Below are positions 20,629 to 32,300 of a stretch of 34,868 nucleotides of DNA, piece by piece (positions within the stretch are counted from its first letter, which is position 1; each line of letters starts with the position of its first letter). This DNA is from Thraustochytrium aureum (taxonomy: Eukaryota): contig BLSG01000213.1 in the NCBI GenBank assembly GCA_012862495.1, positions 133,859 to 168,726 on the forward strand, in the 5' to 3' direction. Position numbers and translations under genes: made by a program. The notes beneath the pieces are model-generated. The model was not told where the DNA came from. It saw only the letters and a list, made by a program, of their open reading frames with translations, and made no database searches.

Positions 20629-22530
20629 TTGGGCCGCAAGTCACCCCGGTCAGTCGTCCAGAACAACCCTATTAGTGCTTTGAGCAGTGGCCCTGGCGGC
20701 CGTGCCGCCGCTGACGTGGCCTCCGCGCCAGAACGAGACCAGTCGCCAAGGACGCAGAGCAAAGCAGCCCTTGCTGAAGCAGAAGCAGCGAAAAACGTCG
20801 CGACGCTCGCCAATGACCTCCGCCAAGGGCTGAGGGACCTGCTCGAGCTTCACAATTCCGACGAGCTGCGAGGACTTTGCGCGACGCTGGACCTCAAGGG
20901 TGCCTCAAGTCGCCGGAGCAACGTGGAGCGCATCTTGGCTACCATTAGCAAGGACGAGGTGGAGAAGGACTGTCGGCGCATCTTGAGCTCCGTTTGGGAC
21001 GGCATCATCATAGAGTACCTGAGAGAATCGGGAAAGAACTTGCTCAAGTGCAGGGACAACTTGCGCGGCGCTGTTGTCTCGCATTGGAAGCGGAACACAG
21101 TGGTTCTAGCTGCGGGAGCATCCTTGGACGATGTCGCGCTTCAGCCAGTCTACCTGCAAAAGTCGGTCTGGAAGCGATCGGCCTCCAACTCGGAGCAAGA
21201 CGCGAGGGTCTGTGCATTCCTCGAGCAGGTCCAGGCGGCGGAGCGAGACATGAAAGACACGGAAAAGGTCCTTCGCACGCGGCCAGACTACAACACCGTC
21301 GTCGGGTTTTTGAGCCGCATACATCGCGTGCGAAGCATCGAGGAGAGCTTTAGAGAGGACTTGCTTGGCTCTGTCCAAGGACTCATGGGCGAACGAGACG
21401 GCTCCCTGGACAAAGAAAGGAGAGCCACTGCTCGTGCAGAGGCAGCCGAGGCAGCCATGGATGCAATGGTGAAGCGAGAGCGCGCCGTCGCCTACTTTCG
21501 CGGCCTGGATGATGCCATGCACCAAGAGCGCGTGCTCGAGTCCATCAGGATCCAGGTCGAGCTCGTGCACCGGGAAAATGACATCACGCGGCTCGAAACG
21601 TACGTGGAAGACCTCAAGTACAAGCACATGCTTCGCGAAGGCGAGATTCTGCTTGAGATCGAACGCCTCGAGACGAAACTGTCGCAGACAACTGAGACTC
21701 TTTCAATGACGACGGAGAACCTCCAGCAGACGAGCGCAGATCGGAAAGAAATTATCAAAGACCGAGACAAGATGCGATGTCAGTTTGCGGCGTACAGACA
21801 CGACGCGCAGGCCTACGTCGACCGGTCGCTGAGCGCGCAATCCCTTGTCGAGCAAGAGCGGGATGTGGCACTCGAGGCTGCCACTCAAGTTGCTCTTCGA
21901 GCTTTGAGATTGGAGGAGCAGCTCGCAGAGGCGCGCCAAATAGCAGCTCGCAATCTCGAGGCGAGTGAGCGGAACCAAATGGCTCTCTGCGAACTCGAGG
22001 CAAGGCACCTAATGGAGCTAGAGCAAACGGGACCCCAATCCGAGTCTGAGTACGGTTCGCGGCCGTCCTCCAAGTCAGGCTCGCGCAACTCGTCGCGACC
22101 CAAAAGCAGGAAGAGCAAGTCGCCTGGGACACCGGGGAAAAAGGGCAAGGGAAAGCGGCCCAAGTCCCCGAAATTGACTAGTGGCAAAAAGGGCTCGCCC
22201 AAGGCCAAGGGTTCGCCCAAGGCCAAGGGCTCGCCCAAGGCCAAGGGCTCGCCCAAGGCCAAGGGCTCGCCCAAGGCCAAAGGCTCGCCCAAAGCCAAAG
22301 GCTCGCCCAAGGCAAAGGGTTCGCCCAAGGCAAAGGGCAAGCCTGCAGCTGTGGAGGACAGCGACACACCACCACCTTCCCGCGGGAGGTCGCCGAAACG
22401 CAAGGATTCGGCGGTGAGCTCGTCGCCGTCACCAAAGTCGTCTCGGAAGAAAACCAAGTCTGGAAAGAAGCGGCCCGGGTCGGCCAAAACGAAAGAGCTG
22501 CCGGAAATAGCGACCGTAGATTTGTCCTAA
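20629..22530 (+). CDS. Coiled-coil protein with possible SAP/HeH-like motif and Lys/Ser/Pro-rich basic tail (KGSPKA)8; start probably in or near the upstream gap
   Basis: 633-codon ORF with an E/R/K/L heptad-rich core, DELRGLCATLDLKGASSRRSNVERIL motif and histone-H1-like tail. No early in-frame ATG. Confidence 0.8.
   Translation: MGRKSPRSVVQNNPISALSSGPGGRAAADVASAPERDQSPRTQSKAALAEAEAAKNVATLANDLRQGLRDLLELHNSDELRGLCATLDLKGASSRRSNVERILATISKDEVEKDCRRILSSVWDGIIIEYLRESGKNLLKCRDNLRGAVVSHWKRNTVVLAAGASLDDVALQPVYLQKSVWKRSASNSEQDARVCAFLEQVQAAERDMKDTEKVLRTRPDYNTVVGFLSRIHRVRSIEESFREDLLGSVQGLMGERDGSLDKERRATARAEAAEAAMDAMVKRERAVAYFRGLDDAMHQERVLESIRIQVELVHRENDITRLETYVEDLKYKHMLREGEILLEIERLETKLSQTTETLSMTTENLQQTSADRKEIIKDRDKMRCQFAAYRHDAQAYVDRSLSAQSLVEQERDVALEAATQVALRALRLEEQLAEARQIAARNLEASERNQMALCELEARHLMELEQTGPQSESEYGSRPSSKSGSRNSSRPKSRKSKSPGTPGKKGKGKRPKSPKLTSGKKGSPKAKGSPKAKGSPKAKGSPKAKGSPKAKGSPKAKGSPKAKGSPKAKGKPAAVEDSDTPPPSRGRSPKRKDSAVSSSPSPKSSRKKTKSGKKRPGSAKTKELPEIATVDLS
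22189..22332 (+). repeat. 18-bp coding tandem repeat x8 (KGSPKA)
   Basis: aagggctcgcccaaggcc x8; all differences fall at third codon positions. Confidence 0.95.
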
Positions 22531-22676
22531 TTAGCGTAATCGCACTCGATCTTGCATTTGCCGGGCTACGTGCGGCCAGTGCTTGCAAGTCCACGGCTTT
22601 CGGCCTGCAGAGGGGATTCGGCGAACCTGGCGTCGAGCCTCACACCGAAAGCCCGCCTCAGCCATCCACCGCGCAT

Positions 22677-23177
22677 TCAGGGCAGAGCAGCTATCACTTT
22701 GACCTCAACAAGGATGTTGGGTCGCGCCATGGCAGCCTCCACGCACGCGCGCACGCCCTTGTGCTTTGGGTGCACCCAGGCGTTCCATACTTCGTTCATG
22801 GGCTCAAAGTGCTGCGTGATGTCTTTGACCCAGATCTGAGCGCTGAGGATGTGCTCCTTGTTTGTTCCAGCCTCGGCCAGAAGCTCATCAATCTTCGCAA
22901 GCGTCTCTCGCGTTTGCTGTGCCACGTCGGTGACGGCGAGCGTGTCAAGGTTGCCCACCTGCCCGCTCACGTACACCACTCCCTGGTGCTCCAGGACCGC
23001 GCAAGACCTCGGCGAGTCCCTCCACCTCATAATCGGACCGCTTCGCGCGAGTCCGCGCGCTCCGAGCGCCCTCGCGAACGACGGGGACACGACTGCCGCC
23101 ACACCAACCGCCGCGACGGCGGACACCACGCCCAGCACGAACGGCTGCAAACCAGCGCTTGCCTCGCCGCCCGACAT
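22677..23177 (-). CDS. RidA/YjgF/YER057c/UK114 family protein (YoaB-like) with N-terminal hydrophobic extension
   Basis: VYVSGQV, QQTRETLAKIDELLAEAGT, MNEVWNAWV, catalytic Arg in RACVEA, LVEVKVIAA. Confidence 0.93.
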   Translation of the reverse strand: MSGGEASAGLQPFVLGVVSAVAAVGVAAVVSPSFARALGARGLARSGPIMRWRDSPRSCAVLEHQGVVYVSGQVGNLDTLAVTDVAQQTRETLAKIDELLAEAGTNKEHILSAQIWVKDITQHFEPMNEVWNAWVHPKHKGVRACVEAAMARPNILVEVKVIAALP

Positions 23178-23784
23178 CGCCTTCGTAGTTTCACAACCAA
23201 AAGCTCTCCGCTCCCACGGTAGCCAGAGCCCGCAGACTGACGATCAATGCGTCGACGCGGGGCCGTCGATCCTGGATTGTTTCTGGTTGGCATCTGCAAT
23301 CATGTCGTCCAACCAAAGCCAAAGATACAATTCGGTCAGCACGCGTGACACCGTCTTTCGCGCAGCGCGCGGTGTCTTGGCCCCTCGATCGTAAGGAGGA
23401 TCTGACCTGGCCCTGGCTGCATTCCACGTTCTGAAGAAGCGGTTGGTGCACTTGCCGGCCGTGGCGCGATGCTTTCGTGAGTGCAACTCTGCCAGGGAGG
23501 GAGGGTGCGAGAGTACCGGCAAGGGACGCCTGGATGTGGCGCCGACCTCGGCGCCACCCTTGGAGCAGGAAGCAGCGATCACCGTGCTCGTAGTAGCTGC
23601 GGATCGCAGCCGAGCGCTCGCTTTTGAAGGGCTTGATCTCGTCTCGATCCCGAAGCATGCGCAGCATGGCGCACTGTCTTGGTCCACGGTCTGGAGGTGC
23701 AGGTCTCTGTCCTTCCTTTCTGCTTCCGCCCTTTTCCTCAATTGCAAGGACTTGGCAAGGGCCGTCAATGTAACGTGCGTTGCA

Positions 23785-23868
23785 CAGCTCGGCTCTGGCA
23801 GACACCAATCGATCCCCGGCGGGCAGCTCGGCTCTGGCAGACACCAATCGATCCCTGGCGGGCAGCTC
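23785..23868. repeat. 39-bp tandem duplication upstream of BVMO
   Basis: cagctcggctctggcagacaccaatcgatccc(c/t)ggcggg x2. Confidence 0.9.
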
Positions 23869-24006
23869 TGCTCGAAAGTCGGCCTGCTCCAGAGCCTTGC
23901 AGAGCTCGATTGGGCCAGACCAGCCTTACGAACCCCAACTCGGCACACTCGCTTGACGCGCGACAGCGAGAAAAAGACAACCGCTCGCGAACCTACCTCT
24001 TTTGGA

Positions 24007-25686
24007 ATGGGGGGCGCCGGAGCGGGCCCAACCAACAATGAGCCCGGCGCGAGGACCGTTCGCAGGGTTCGCGCGGTGATCGTTGGGGGCGGCATGAGCG
24101 GGCTCCTACTCGGCGTTAAAATGCAGCGCGAAGCGCTCGGCGAGTTTGTCATTCTCGAAAAGGCTGCCGGGGTTGGTGGCACGTGGCTCGCCAACGACTA
24201 CCCAGGGGCGTGCTGCGATGTCAAGTCCTACCAGTACCTGCCGCTCCACCTCCTTCCTGGATTTGCACCAGAGCGCGCATTCTCCACTCAGGCGGAGATT
24301 CTGGAGTTCTTGCAACGCCTCGCCTCCTTCTACAACCTGTGGCCACGCATTCAAACTCGCTGCGAGGTGACTGGCGCCCGCTTTGATGAGTCCACCTGGA
24401 CCTGGACAGTGCAGACGCAAAATGGCCAAGTGTTCGAGTCGCAGTTTCTTCTCTTTGCGAACGGCCCACTCTCCAGACCGAGCAAAGCGACGATTCCTGG
24501 GCTCGACGATTACTCTGCCCCGTCATGGCACTCAGCAGAGTGGAATCACGAGTTTGACCTCGCAGGCAAATCTGTTGCTGTGGTGGGAACTGGAGCCAGC
24601 GCGATACAAATCATCCCGCAGCTCGCCAGAACATGCGCCAAAGTGACCGTGTTCCAGCGAACCCCGGCGTACGTGTTCCCGCGCGATGACATGGAGCTAG
24701 CATCGGCGAAGCCCGAGCTCTCGCTTGGGCTCCGGAACGGCAGAGATGGCCTCATCGACGCGGTGCGTCTGGAATTCAACGAGTACGCTGATGAAAAGGT
24801 GTTTGCGATCTACAACGACCCAGCGCTGAACGCCAAGGCTCAGGCCTGGCACCACCGCCGACTGCGTTCGATTGTGCGCAACAGCGAAACTGCGGACGCC
24901 TTGTGCCCGAACTACCCGCAGGGCTGCAAACGCGCGCTGCTGAGCGACGACTACCTACCTTGCTTCAACGAGCCACACGTCGTGTTGGTCCCCGAGGCTG
25001 TCCGAGCAGCCACGGCGGGCGGACTTGAGACTGCGTCCGGAAAGCGCTTCGAGGGCTTTGACGCTGTCGTGCTCTGCACCGGCTTTCGGACGGGCCCGAT
25101 TGATGACGTGCCAATTGTGGGCCGGCGCGGCGTGTTACTGACAGGGTCGTACGAATCGCATGGAGGTATACACAGCTCGTTCGGGCTCATGAGCGCGGGG
25201 TTCCCCAACTTGTTTATGCTCCTGGGGCCGCAGAGCTGGACGCCGCAAGGAAACACCGGGGAGGCAATCGACGTGCAGACAAACTGGGTCGCGCACGTCA
25301 TCTCTGAGATGGACCGGGCTGGAGTGAGCTTGGTCGAGGCGACCGCAGAGTCTGAAAAGTACTGGGGTGACCTCTGCAACGAGCGTGGCCAGGTCTCGGT
25401 GTGGGCTCGCTGCTCCTCTTGGTACGTCGATGCTGCAGGGAAGCCACTGATGTGGACGGGGCGATGGTTCGAATACGTCAATGAGCTCGTCGAGCATTCT
25501 GCGAGCTCGCTCAGCTTTTTCGCGCGCGTCGCGGACGGTAGCCCAGCTCAGCTCGAGGGCGGCTCGGTTCTGTCGCGGCCATTCCCTGTCACAGAGTCGC
25601 AGCTCCCGCACAAGTACAGAACTGCCAGCAACGGAGAGAACCAGAAGATCGAACGTTTTGGTTGGGGTGGTAGAGCCAAGCTTTAG
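24007..25686 (+). CDS. Type I Baeyer-Villiger / flavin-containing monooxygenase with C-terminal PTS1 (AKL), 559 aa
   Basis: VIVGGGMSG (FAD), GGTWLANDYPGACCD, variant BVMO fingerprint YSAPSWHSAEWN, VVGTGASA (NADPH), FQRTP, GCKR, CTGF, GFPNLF; ends RAKL. Confidence 0.93.
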   Translation: MGGAGAGPTNNEPGARTVRRVRAVIVGGGMSGLLLGVKMQREALGEFVILEKAAGVGGTWLANDYPGACCDVKSYQYLPLHLLPGFAPERAFSTQAEILEFLQRLASFYNLWPRIQTRCEVTGARFDESTWTWTVQTQNGQVFESQFLLFANGPLSRPSKATIPGLDDYSAPSWHSAEWNHEFDLAGKSVAVVGTGASAIQIIPQLARTCAKVTVFQRTPAYVFPRDDMELASAKPELSLGLRNGRDGLIDAVRLEFNEYADEKVFAIYNDPALNAKAQAWHHRRLRSIVRNSETADALCPNYPQGCKRALLSDDYLPCFNEPHVVLVPEAVRAATAGGLETASGKRFEGFDAVVLCTGFRTGPIDDVPIVGRRGVLLTGSYESHGGIHSSFGLMSAGFPNLFMLLGPQSWTPQGNTGEAIDVQTNWVAHVISEMDRAGVSLVEATAESEKYWGDLCNERGQVSVWARCSSWYVDAAGKPLMWTGRWFEYVNELVEHSASSLSFFARVADGSPAQLEGGSVLSRPFPVTESQLPHKYRTASNGENQKIERFGWGGRAKL

Positions 25687-25786
25687 GCTCCGCGCGCGCT
25701 CGCCGCCTTCTGTAGCAAGTGAAACTAGCTTGAGCGTTTTCTCGAGTGCGACCGCAGCCACGGCGTTGCTTTTGGTTGGTCACTTG

Positions 25787-28396
25787 TCATGCGTCGCCCG
25801 GCTTGATCATGTATCTAGATCTGCTATTGCGGCGATAGACAAGCAGAGCGATGCAGACAGCGGCCGTCGCGGCTACGCCAGCGCCAACGATGTATTTCGT
25901 CGCTCCCGACTCTAGTTCCGGGGATGATGTAGGTGATGCAGAGCGCGACGCGGTTGGGCCGCTCGTCGGCGGCTCTGTCGCGAAGAACCCGCAATGCACA
26001 CCGTCGTATCCCTTGTCGCACACGCATGAGGCGCTACGTGCGTCAGCGTCCACGACGCAGACACCGTGCCCAGAGCAGCTTCGCCCCGAGCAGAGTGAAA
26101 CTGCAACATCCGCAGGCGTGATGACAAGCCCCGTTGCGCTTTGCAGAGTTTCAATTAATCCCGGCGAGCCCACGGAGCCTGTTCCCACGAAGAACGCCTG
26201 TGCCTCGCTTGCCGTTTCCTCGTTCACGTCCGAGGTTGCCAAGACAGACACTTGCAAATCCACACGCTCGGCCTCCACCGAAGCGGTCGAAAGCGCGGCG
26301 CTCTCCATCTCGAGCGCAAAATCTGGGTCGTCGCTAGCGTCTGTACGATCGCGAATCTCATCGGCCAGTGTGGCGTTGTCGACGACCTCAGCGGCTGTTT
26401 CATTCGCAAGAGAGCCTTCGAACAGGTCGTCGTACTCCAAAAAGATGGAGAAGTCCAAGACAAGCGGGGGGAGAAGGAGCTGCCGCCGCCCTGACACCGG
26501 CTTCGAAAGGCGCTGGTTTTCGACCACAGCTGTGCAGGACTTGCCTGTCGACGCGGGCGAGCAGAGTGTCGATTTGAGCGCTGCGGTGAGCAGCTCAATG
26601 TGCTGTGGGTCTCGGGCAATATCGGAAGTGCGGAATTCGGCGCTGCCGTTGACGTTTCGAGTGACGCTCGCTGCGACCTGCAGGACCTGCGAATTCGAGC
26701 CGAGATTGCTGCTCACCAGCTCTGAAAGCGACCTCAAACCCTCGCCAATGCTGGCGCTGAAAAACTGCGCGCTCGCTGCGTGAGTTGCGTTGAGGCGGAC
26801 ACTTGCGCGCACCAGTGGGTCCCTGAGCCGGGTGCTTGTCGGTGCACTGCTTGGTGACTGCGTTGGGCTGCCTCGCGAGGGCTGTGTGGGGGAACTCGTT
26901 GGCCTTTCGCTGGGTGCGCTGGACGTTGTTGGGCTTGACGTTGTTGGGCTTGACGTTGTTGGGCTTGATGATGCGCTTGGGCTGGACGCGGTCGGCCCAC
27001 GGCTTGGCGACCTAGACGGAGTCGCGCTGGGCAAGCTTTGCGCAAATCAAGCGTGTTACGCAAATCAAGCGTGTTACAAGCCTGTGTTAGCCGTCGCTTG
27101 CCATTGGCGGCACTCCAGAGGACTTGTCTCTGGTTCCGAACCGGGCAAAATTAGCACCGAACTTACGCTTGAATTGCAGTTGGCGCCCGCGTCGGAAATA
27201 ACGTTGGCGCTCTCGATGGCGGGACATCTACGCCAAATAGAGCGACACCACCATCAGACCCTGCTGCATTCGTGGCTGATATCAGAAAGCTACCAGTCTG
27301 AGCAACGGTTGAGACAGTTGCAGCAGTTTCGACTGGTGCATCAAATCCGCGAACGAGTTCAAACGAGTCGCTCCAGACCTCGTTGCGAGAGTACTGGTAG
27401 ACTCGGTGAAGGCCGCTGGTTGTTGCAGTCACGGCGACCATTCCCCGAGCGCGTGAACTCTGCTCCCGAAATCGTCAGGCCGGAGCCAACGGCCTGAAGC
27501 CGGCGCGCCTCGTAGAAGCTGCCTCCATTTGTGGACCGAGATTGTGCATACGCCGCTCCCTTCACCAAAGCCGTTCCTGGACCCCCAACCATAACAAGAC
27601 GCTCACCAACAGAAACCGACGTGCCAAACCGCCTGTTTGCGTTGTTGTCGCTTGCATGGCACTTTTGCAAAAAGACGAAAGCGCCTTCCACGGCTTCATA
27701 CAAGTACACGACGCCTGCGTCTGAATTCCATTCGTCTTTTCCAGGAGCGCCGACGGCAAGGACGCCTCCGAATAAGCTTATGGCGTAGCCGAATTCGTCG
27801 CCTTCTTCGTAGTCGTTGGCTTGGATCCGGCTGTGAAAGACGTATTGGCTCGACGACGCAACGAAGATGAAGACCGTTCCTGAAGGTGCCCCAATAGCAA
27901 TCCATGGCCAGTCTATTGCGACGCTGGTGCCGAATCCGGCGTGCGGCTCTGCATTTGGCGGGGTGAATTTGTGCACTTGCGAGAATGAGGACGTCTCATC
28001 AAACAGATAAGCGGACTCGTTCCCAGGCGCTCCGACTAAAACGAGCCCATTGGACACTGCTAGGCTCGCTCCAAAGTACGTCGGCGATGAGCTTCTATCT
28101 TGCTCAATATCCGCTGCGAGCAAAGTGTGCTGCAGCACGAGGGCGTCGTCGGTGATCCGGTACACCAACGCCACCCCAGCATCATTTTTGGGGCCTCTCT
28201 TGGTTTGTGGTGCTCCGACGACAACGATGTCCGCAGCTGCTGCAATCGCATCCCCAAAGGCCTTTGCCGGCCCTGGCGAATCCTTGACGAAATCCAAGCA
28301 GCCCGTGCTCGTGTCACTGCAGGGCTCCCCCGCCGCAAGCTGGAGCTCTAACGCGAGGGTCGCCAGTGCAGCACATGCGGACAGGATGCCGCGCAT
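25787..28396 (-). CDS. Type I cell-surface protein: signal peptide, FG-GAP beta-propeller, Ser/Thr/Pro stalk, EGF-like domain, TM, short tail; intron ~27027-27166; frameshift(s) at ~27442-27482
   Basis: MRGILSACAALATLALELQLAAG signal; repeated FG..(I/V)A....VGAP units; PTxSP stalk; CSGRSCSGHGVC...CVCDKGYDGVHC EGF; YIVGAGVAATAAVCIALLVY-RR TM. GTAAGT donor at 27166, GCTAAC branch and an in-frame CAG acceptor at 27027. Confidence 0.8.
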
Positions 28397-29385
28397 GAAT
28401 GCAGAGGGTAGCGATGGGAAGCAGGGGTGTGGTGGCGGCGGTGCCGACCCGCTTCCCGAACGCGGCCTGCTTGACCCGCTCTAACGGGCTGTGCAAGGCC
28501 TGATCGCCGCCCTTCGGACGATCGCAGCGCAGCAGACCTTGCTCCCAAAAGCCGATCAAGTTCACGGGAGAATACCACGTCTCTCGCCGCAGAGTATCTA
28601 CAATCCATGCGCNNNNNNNNNNNNNNNNNNNNNNNNNNNNNNNNNNNNNNNNNNNNNNNNNNNNNNNNNNNNNNNNNNNNNNNNNNNNNNNNNNNNNNNN
28701 NNNNNNNNNNNNNNNNNNNNNNNNNNNNNNNNNNNNNNNNNNNNNNNNNNNAATACCACGTCTCTCGCCGCAGAGTATCTACAATCCATGCGCCGCGCGA
28801 TTCGCACGCGTTTGCGGTCTGCAGCTCGGACGTCTTCAAGTGGAGTCGGCCTATGGTTCCGCCCTTGCTTTCAAACACTCTGGCACGCAATGGGCAATAG
28901 AGCCGCGTACCCGCAGGCTCACTCTGGCCCGTTAGGGACGCGGGGCTTCACGTCCCTGACTCGTACTCGGCCGCGGCAACTCTGCAATCGACCTTGTGAA
29001 GGGCTGTCAACGGATAGAAATAAAATCATCGAATGCAGCTGTTGACGCGGTTGCATCGCATGACGACCCCGCGCGGCGGGAGCCTTCGAAGTCTAGGGAG
29101 GCATAGAGATAAACAGCTAGGTCGGGTCATGGATGAGCTGCCGCAGGCTTGCCATCGGCAGGCAGTTGGCTGCCTGCGTAACTGTGAGTCGCTGCAATTT
29201 GGAAACCAGGCTCTCGCGACGGTGATCGTCAACGCACTCCGCATGCAACGGCTATGACGCGCCCACCGGTCAGGAAACGTTCGTAGACCCCGGCCTGCGT
29301 GGCAGTGCGCATGGCCGCGAGCGAGGCCTGGTGAAAGGGACTTGCGAGTGTGGAACGCGACGGCCTGGGCTACGGTTGCGGCGAG

Positions 29386-32300
29386 ATGCGCTTGTTGGTA
29401 GGCTCGTGGGCCGCCGCTGGCGCTATCGCGGCGGCTTGTGCGCTGGAGATTGATGGGTTGGAGGACCTGCGCAGCGCACTGAACCTGACAGCCCTGCCAA
29501 ACGCCATCCCGCCGGAAATTGGCCGGCTCGCTGATGAGGTCACCGCGTTGCGGATCACTAGCTCTGGCCTTGGCGGTGCCTTGCCGCAAGAGCTGGGCAG
29601 TCTGCACAGGCTGACACAGCTCGACCTCAGCAACAACAGCATAGTGGGCGAGCTTCCTTCGTTGGGCGGGCTGACCAACCTCCAGTCATTGGTGCTGAGT
29701 AGGAACAGGCTCCAAGGCCCGCTTCCGACGGATATTGGCGGGTTGAGCGTATTGGCGACGCTTGATCTCGGCTACAATTTCTTTTCCGGGGCGATTCCTG
29801 CCAGCCTAAGCTCAATGACGTCGCTTGCCTTTCTTAGCCTTGCAGGCAACGGGCTGTCGGGGCCGCTGCCGGAGAGCATGGTGGCACTTTGGAAGCTTTT
29901 CGTTCTGGACCTGAGCAACGCAGGGCTCTCGTCTACTGCGCTTCCCGAGCGTTGGGCCGACCTGGAGCGATTGGCGGTCCTCGACATTCGCGGCAATGAC
30001 TGCCGCGGTTGCGTGCTACCGGAAAGTTGGCGCGCAATGTCCAATCTCCGATTCCTCAACACTGACGCAATGGGTCTGGCCGGGACGCTCCCAGCGAGCT
30101 GGGGCGAGCTTCGCAAGCTTCGCTCGCTCTCTATTTCGTCAAACCCGCTCCTGGGCGGCCCCATTCCAACCGAGTGGCTTGCGCTCTCGGCGCTCGAGGA
30201 TCTTGCGATGTTTGGCAACGCTCTGACGGCTACAATACCGGACGAGATCGGCCAGGCGCTGCCAAGCCTGCGCTCGCTCAACCTGCGGGGGAACGCGTTG
30301 GCAGGGTCGCTCCCAGCGAGCATAGGCGAGCTGAAATTGCTGCACTATCTCAGCTTGGGGTCCAACGCGCTCACGTCAACGATCCCAACCTCACTGGGCC
30401 GCCTCAGTGCACTTGCGGCGCTAGACCTGTCGCAAAACGCTTTGAGCGGGGCGCTCCCGGCGTTTTTCGGGGCCGAGGGCGGCAGCCCTCCTGCTCTTGA
30501 ACACCTGGACGTCAGTGGGAACGCGCTGAGCGCTGCCCTCGGGTCGCTTGCGACGCTGGGCAATCTGCAGCATGCAAACCTTGCGAAAAACGTGCTTGAA
30601 GAGAACCTCTCCGCGGTGAGCTGGTCGCTGGTCTCGCAAAACCTGACGCTCCTCGACCTGTCCTGGAACGCTGGAATCGTGGGCACTATGCCGGCGTCCC
30701 TGGGAGCCCTCAAGAAGCTATCATCGTTGAGCATTCGCGGAACGCAGGTTTCGGGGTCGGTCCCCAAGTCCCTCGAGTCGCTCGAGGAGCTTGTGTTTTT
30801 GCGCTTGGACAGTAACCAGCTCACAGGGTTTGCAGCAGACCTTTCTTTGCTTGCCAAGGTCAAGGAGATTGACATCTCTGGGAACCCTTGGAGCTGCGGC
30901 TGCGACTTTGTCGGGCAAGCAACAACCTTTGTGCGCCAGGCGGTTGCGAAAGGGATTCTAGCGCGCCCCTACATGACCACCTGTGGCCCGTGGAACGACC
31001 TGGAGGGAACGAGGGTGGCCAGCCTCATCTACAACCCGGCCGAGCCGTGCGAGCACCCTCGCAGCGTAGCTGTGTCCATCGGGGAGCAAGCCAACTGGAA
31101 ACAGACCCTTGAGCCAAAGCTAGACGACGGCCTCTCAGAGCACTACGGAAAGCTTTTTGAGGCTCAACTTGGGTGGAAATCGGCGCCAGATTCCGCAAAC
31201 CACCAAAGCGTGCTCACCGCAGCGACAGACGCCGGCTGCTGGGACTGCAGCGCAATCCCTCTCGCCGACGGAGCGGAGTGGGCTTGGCGAGGCGACGGCT
31301 GGGAGCCATGGTTCAACACTACGGGCCGTCTGGGTGCGTCCGGGTTGTCGAATGAGGTTTTGCTCCAAGCAAGGGACGGCGTTTCGCTGGCGTTTCAGAT
31401 CGAGATTTTCAGGTCTAGCTCCAGCGGAAGAAAACTATTGGAGCAACGTTGCTGCTCTGCGCAGGCCGTTTCCTCAGGCAACTCTGACGACCCGCCCAGC
31501 GACCTGGTGTCGTTCAATGTGACGATTAAGGGGCTGTCGCCACATCAACTCTTTGAGACGCGTGTGCGTCGGGTGTTTGTCACCTGGTCTTCCGAGTTCC
31601 CCTTCACGGCAAAGCTTCAAGGTGGCCCCGCCTCGCCTTACACGTCGGCGAGGACTCCCGAGGGCGTCCCGGGCTCGCCACCGGTCAACCTGAGCGTTTC
31701 AATGGCAGACGACGATTCGCTGCAACTCGTTTGGGGCCCGCCCACGGACCCGAACGGCGTCCTGACGCGGTTCCTGGTTGAGGCAGACGGTCTGCGGCTC
31801 GGGCGAGTCACGCTTCTCGTTTCAGAGCCGTTTGTGGTGCTGACTGGGTTGGCGGCCGACTCGGTCTACCTCGTTTCGGTCCGCGCTGGAACGCAGGTTG
31901 GCTTCGGGCCCCTCAGCGAGGCAATNNNNNNNNNNNNNNNNNNNNNNNNNNNNNNNNNNNNNNNNNNNNNNNNNNNNNNNNNNNNNNNNNNNNNNNNNNN
32001 NNNNNNNNNNNNNNNNNNNNNNNNNNNTTCGGGCCCCTCAGCGAGGCAATCGAGGCCCGAACCTTGCCAGAGTGTCCTGCGGGGACAGAACGGGTGACCT
32101 CGCTAGGCAAGTCAAGGCGCTGTGTCCCATGTCTTGCAAACTCATACATGGACATTTCGCTCAACAGGTGCCAATCTTGCCCCTCGCGCTTTCCTTTCAC
32201 GAGCGGGGTGGGCGCTGCGTCGCAGGAAGAGTGCTTGACGGCCCCTGGCTTCTACGAGGTGGAGCAGTTCGAAGAGGGCGAGTTCGGCACTCCAATTAAG

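Noticed and set aside
23443..24006. 188-aa N-terminal extension of the BVMO ORF
   Set aside because: No ATG, contains a tandem duplication and no motif; ATG 24007 lies ~25 codons before the FAD motif, as expected.
23191..24194. Minus-strand ORFs between RidA and BVMO as a gene or transposon relic
   Set aside because: No recognisable transposase or RT motifs or terminal repeats; cannot be supported without a database search.
28571..28792. 42-bp direct repeat flanking an N-gap, superficially like a CRISPR repeat, LTR or target-site duplication
   Set aside because: Both copies abut the gap edges, as at 31904-32050 where merging restores a reading frame. Best explained as an unmerged contig overlap, though a collapsed tandem repeat cannot be excluded.
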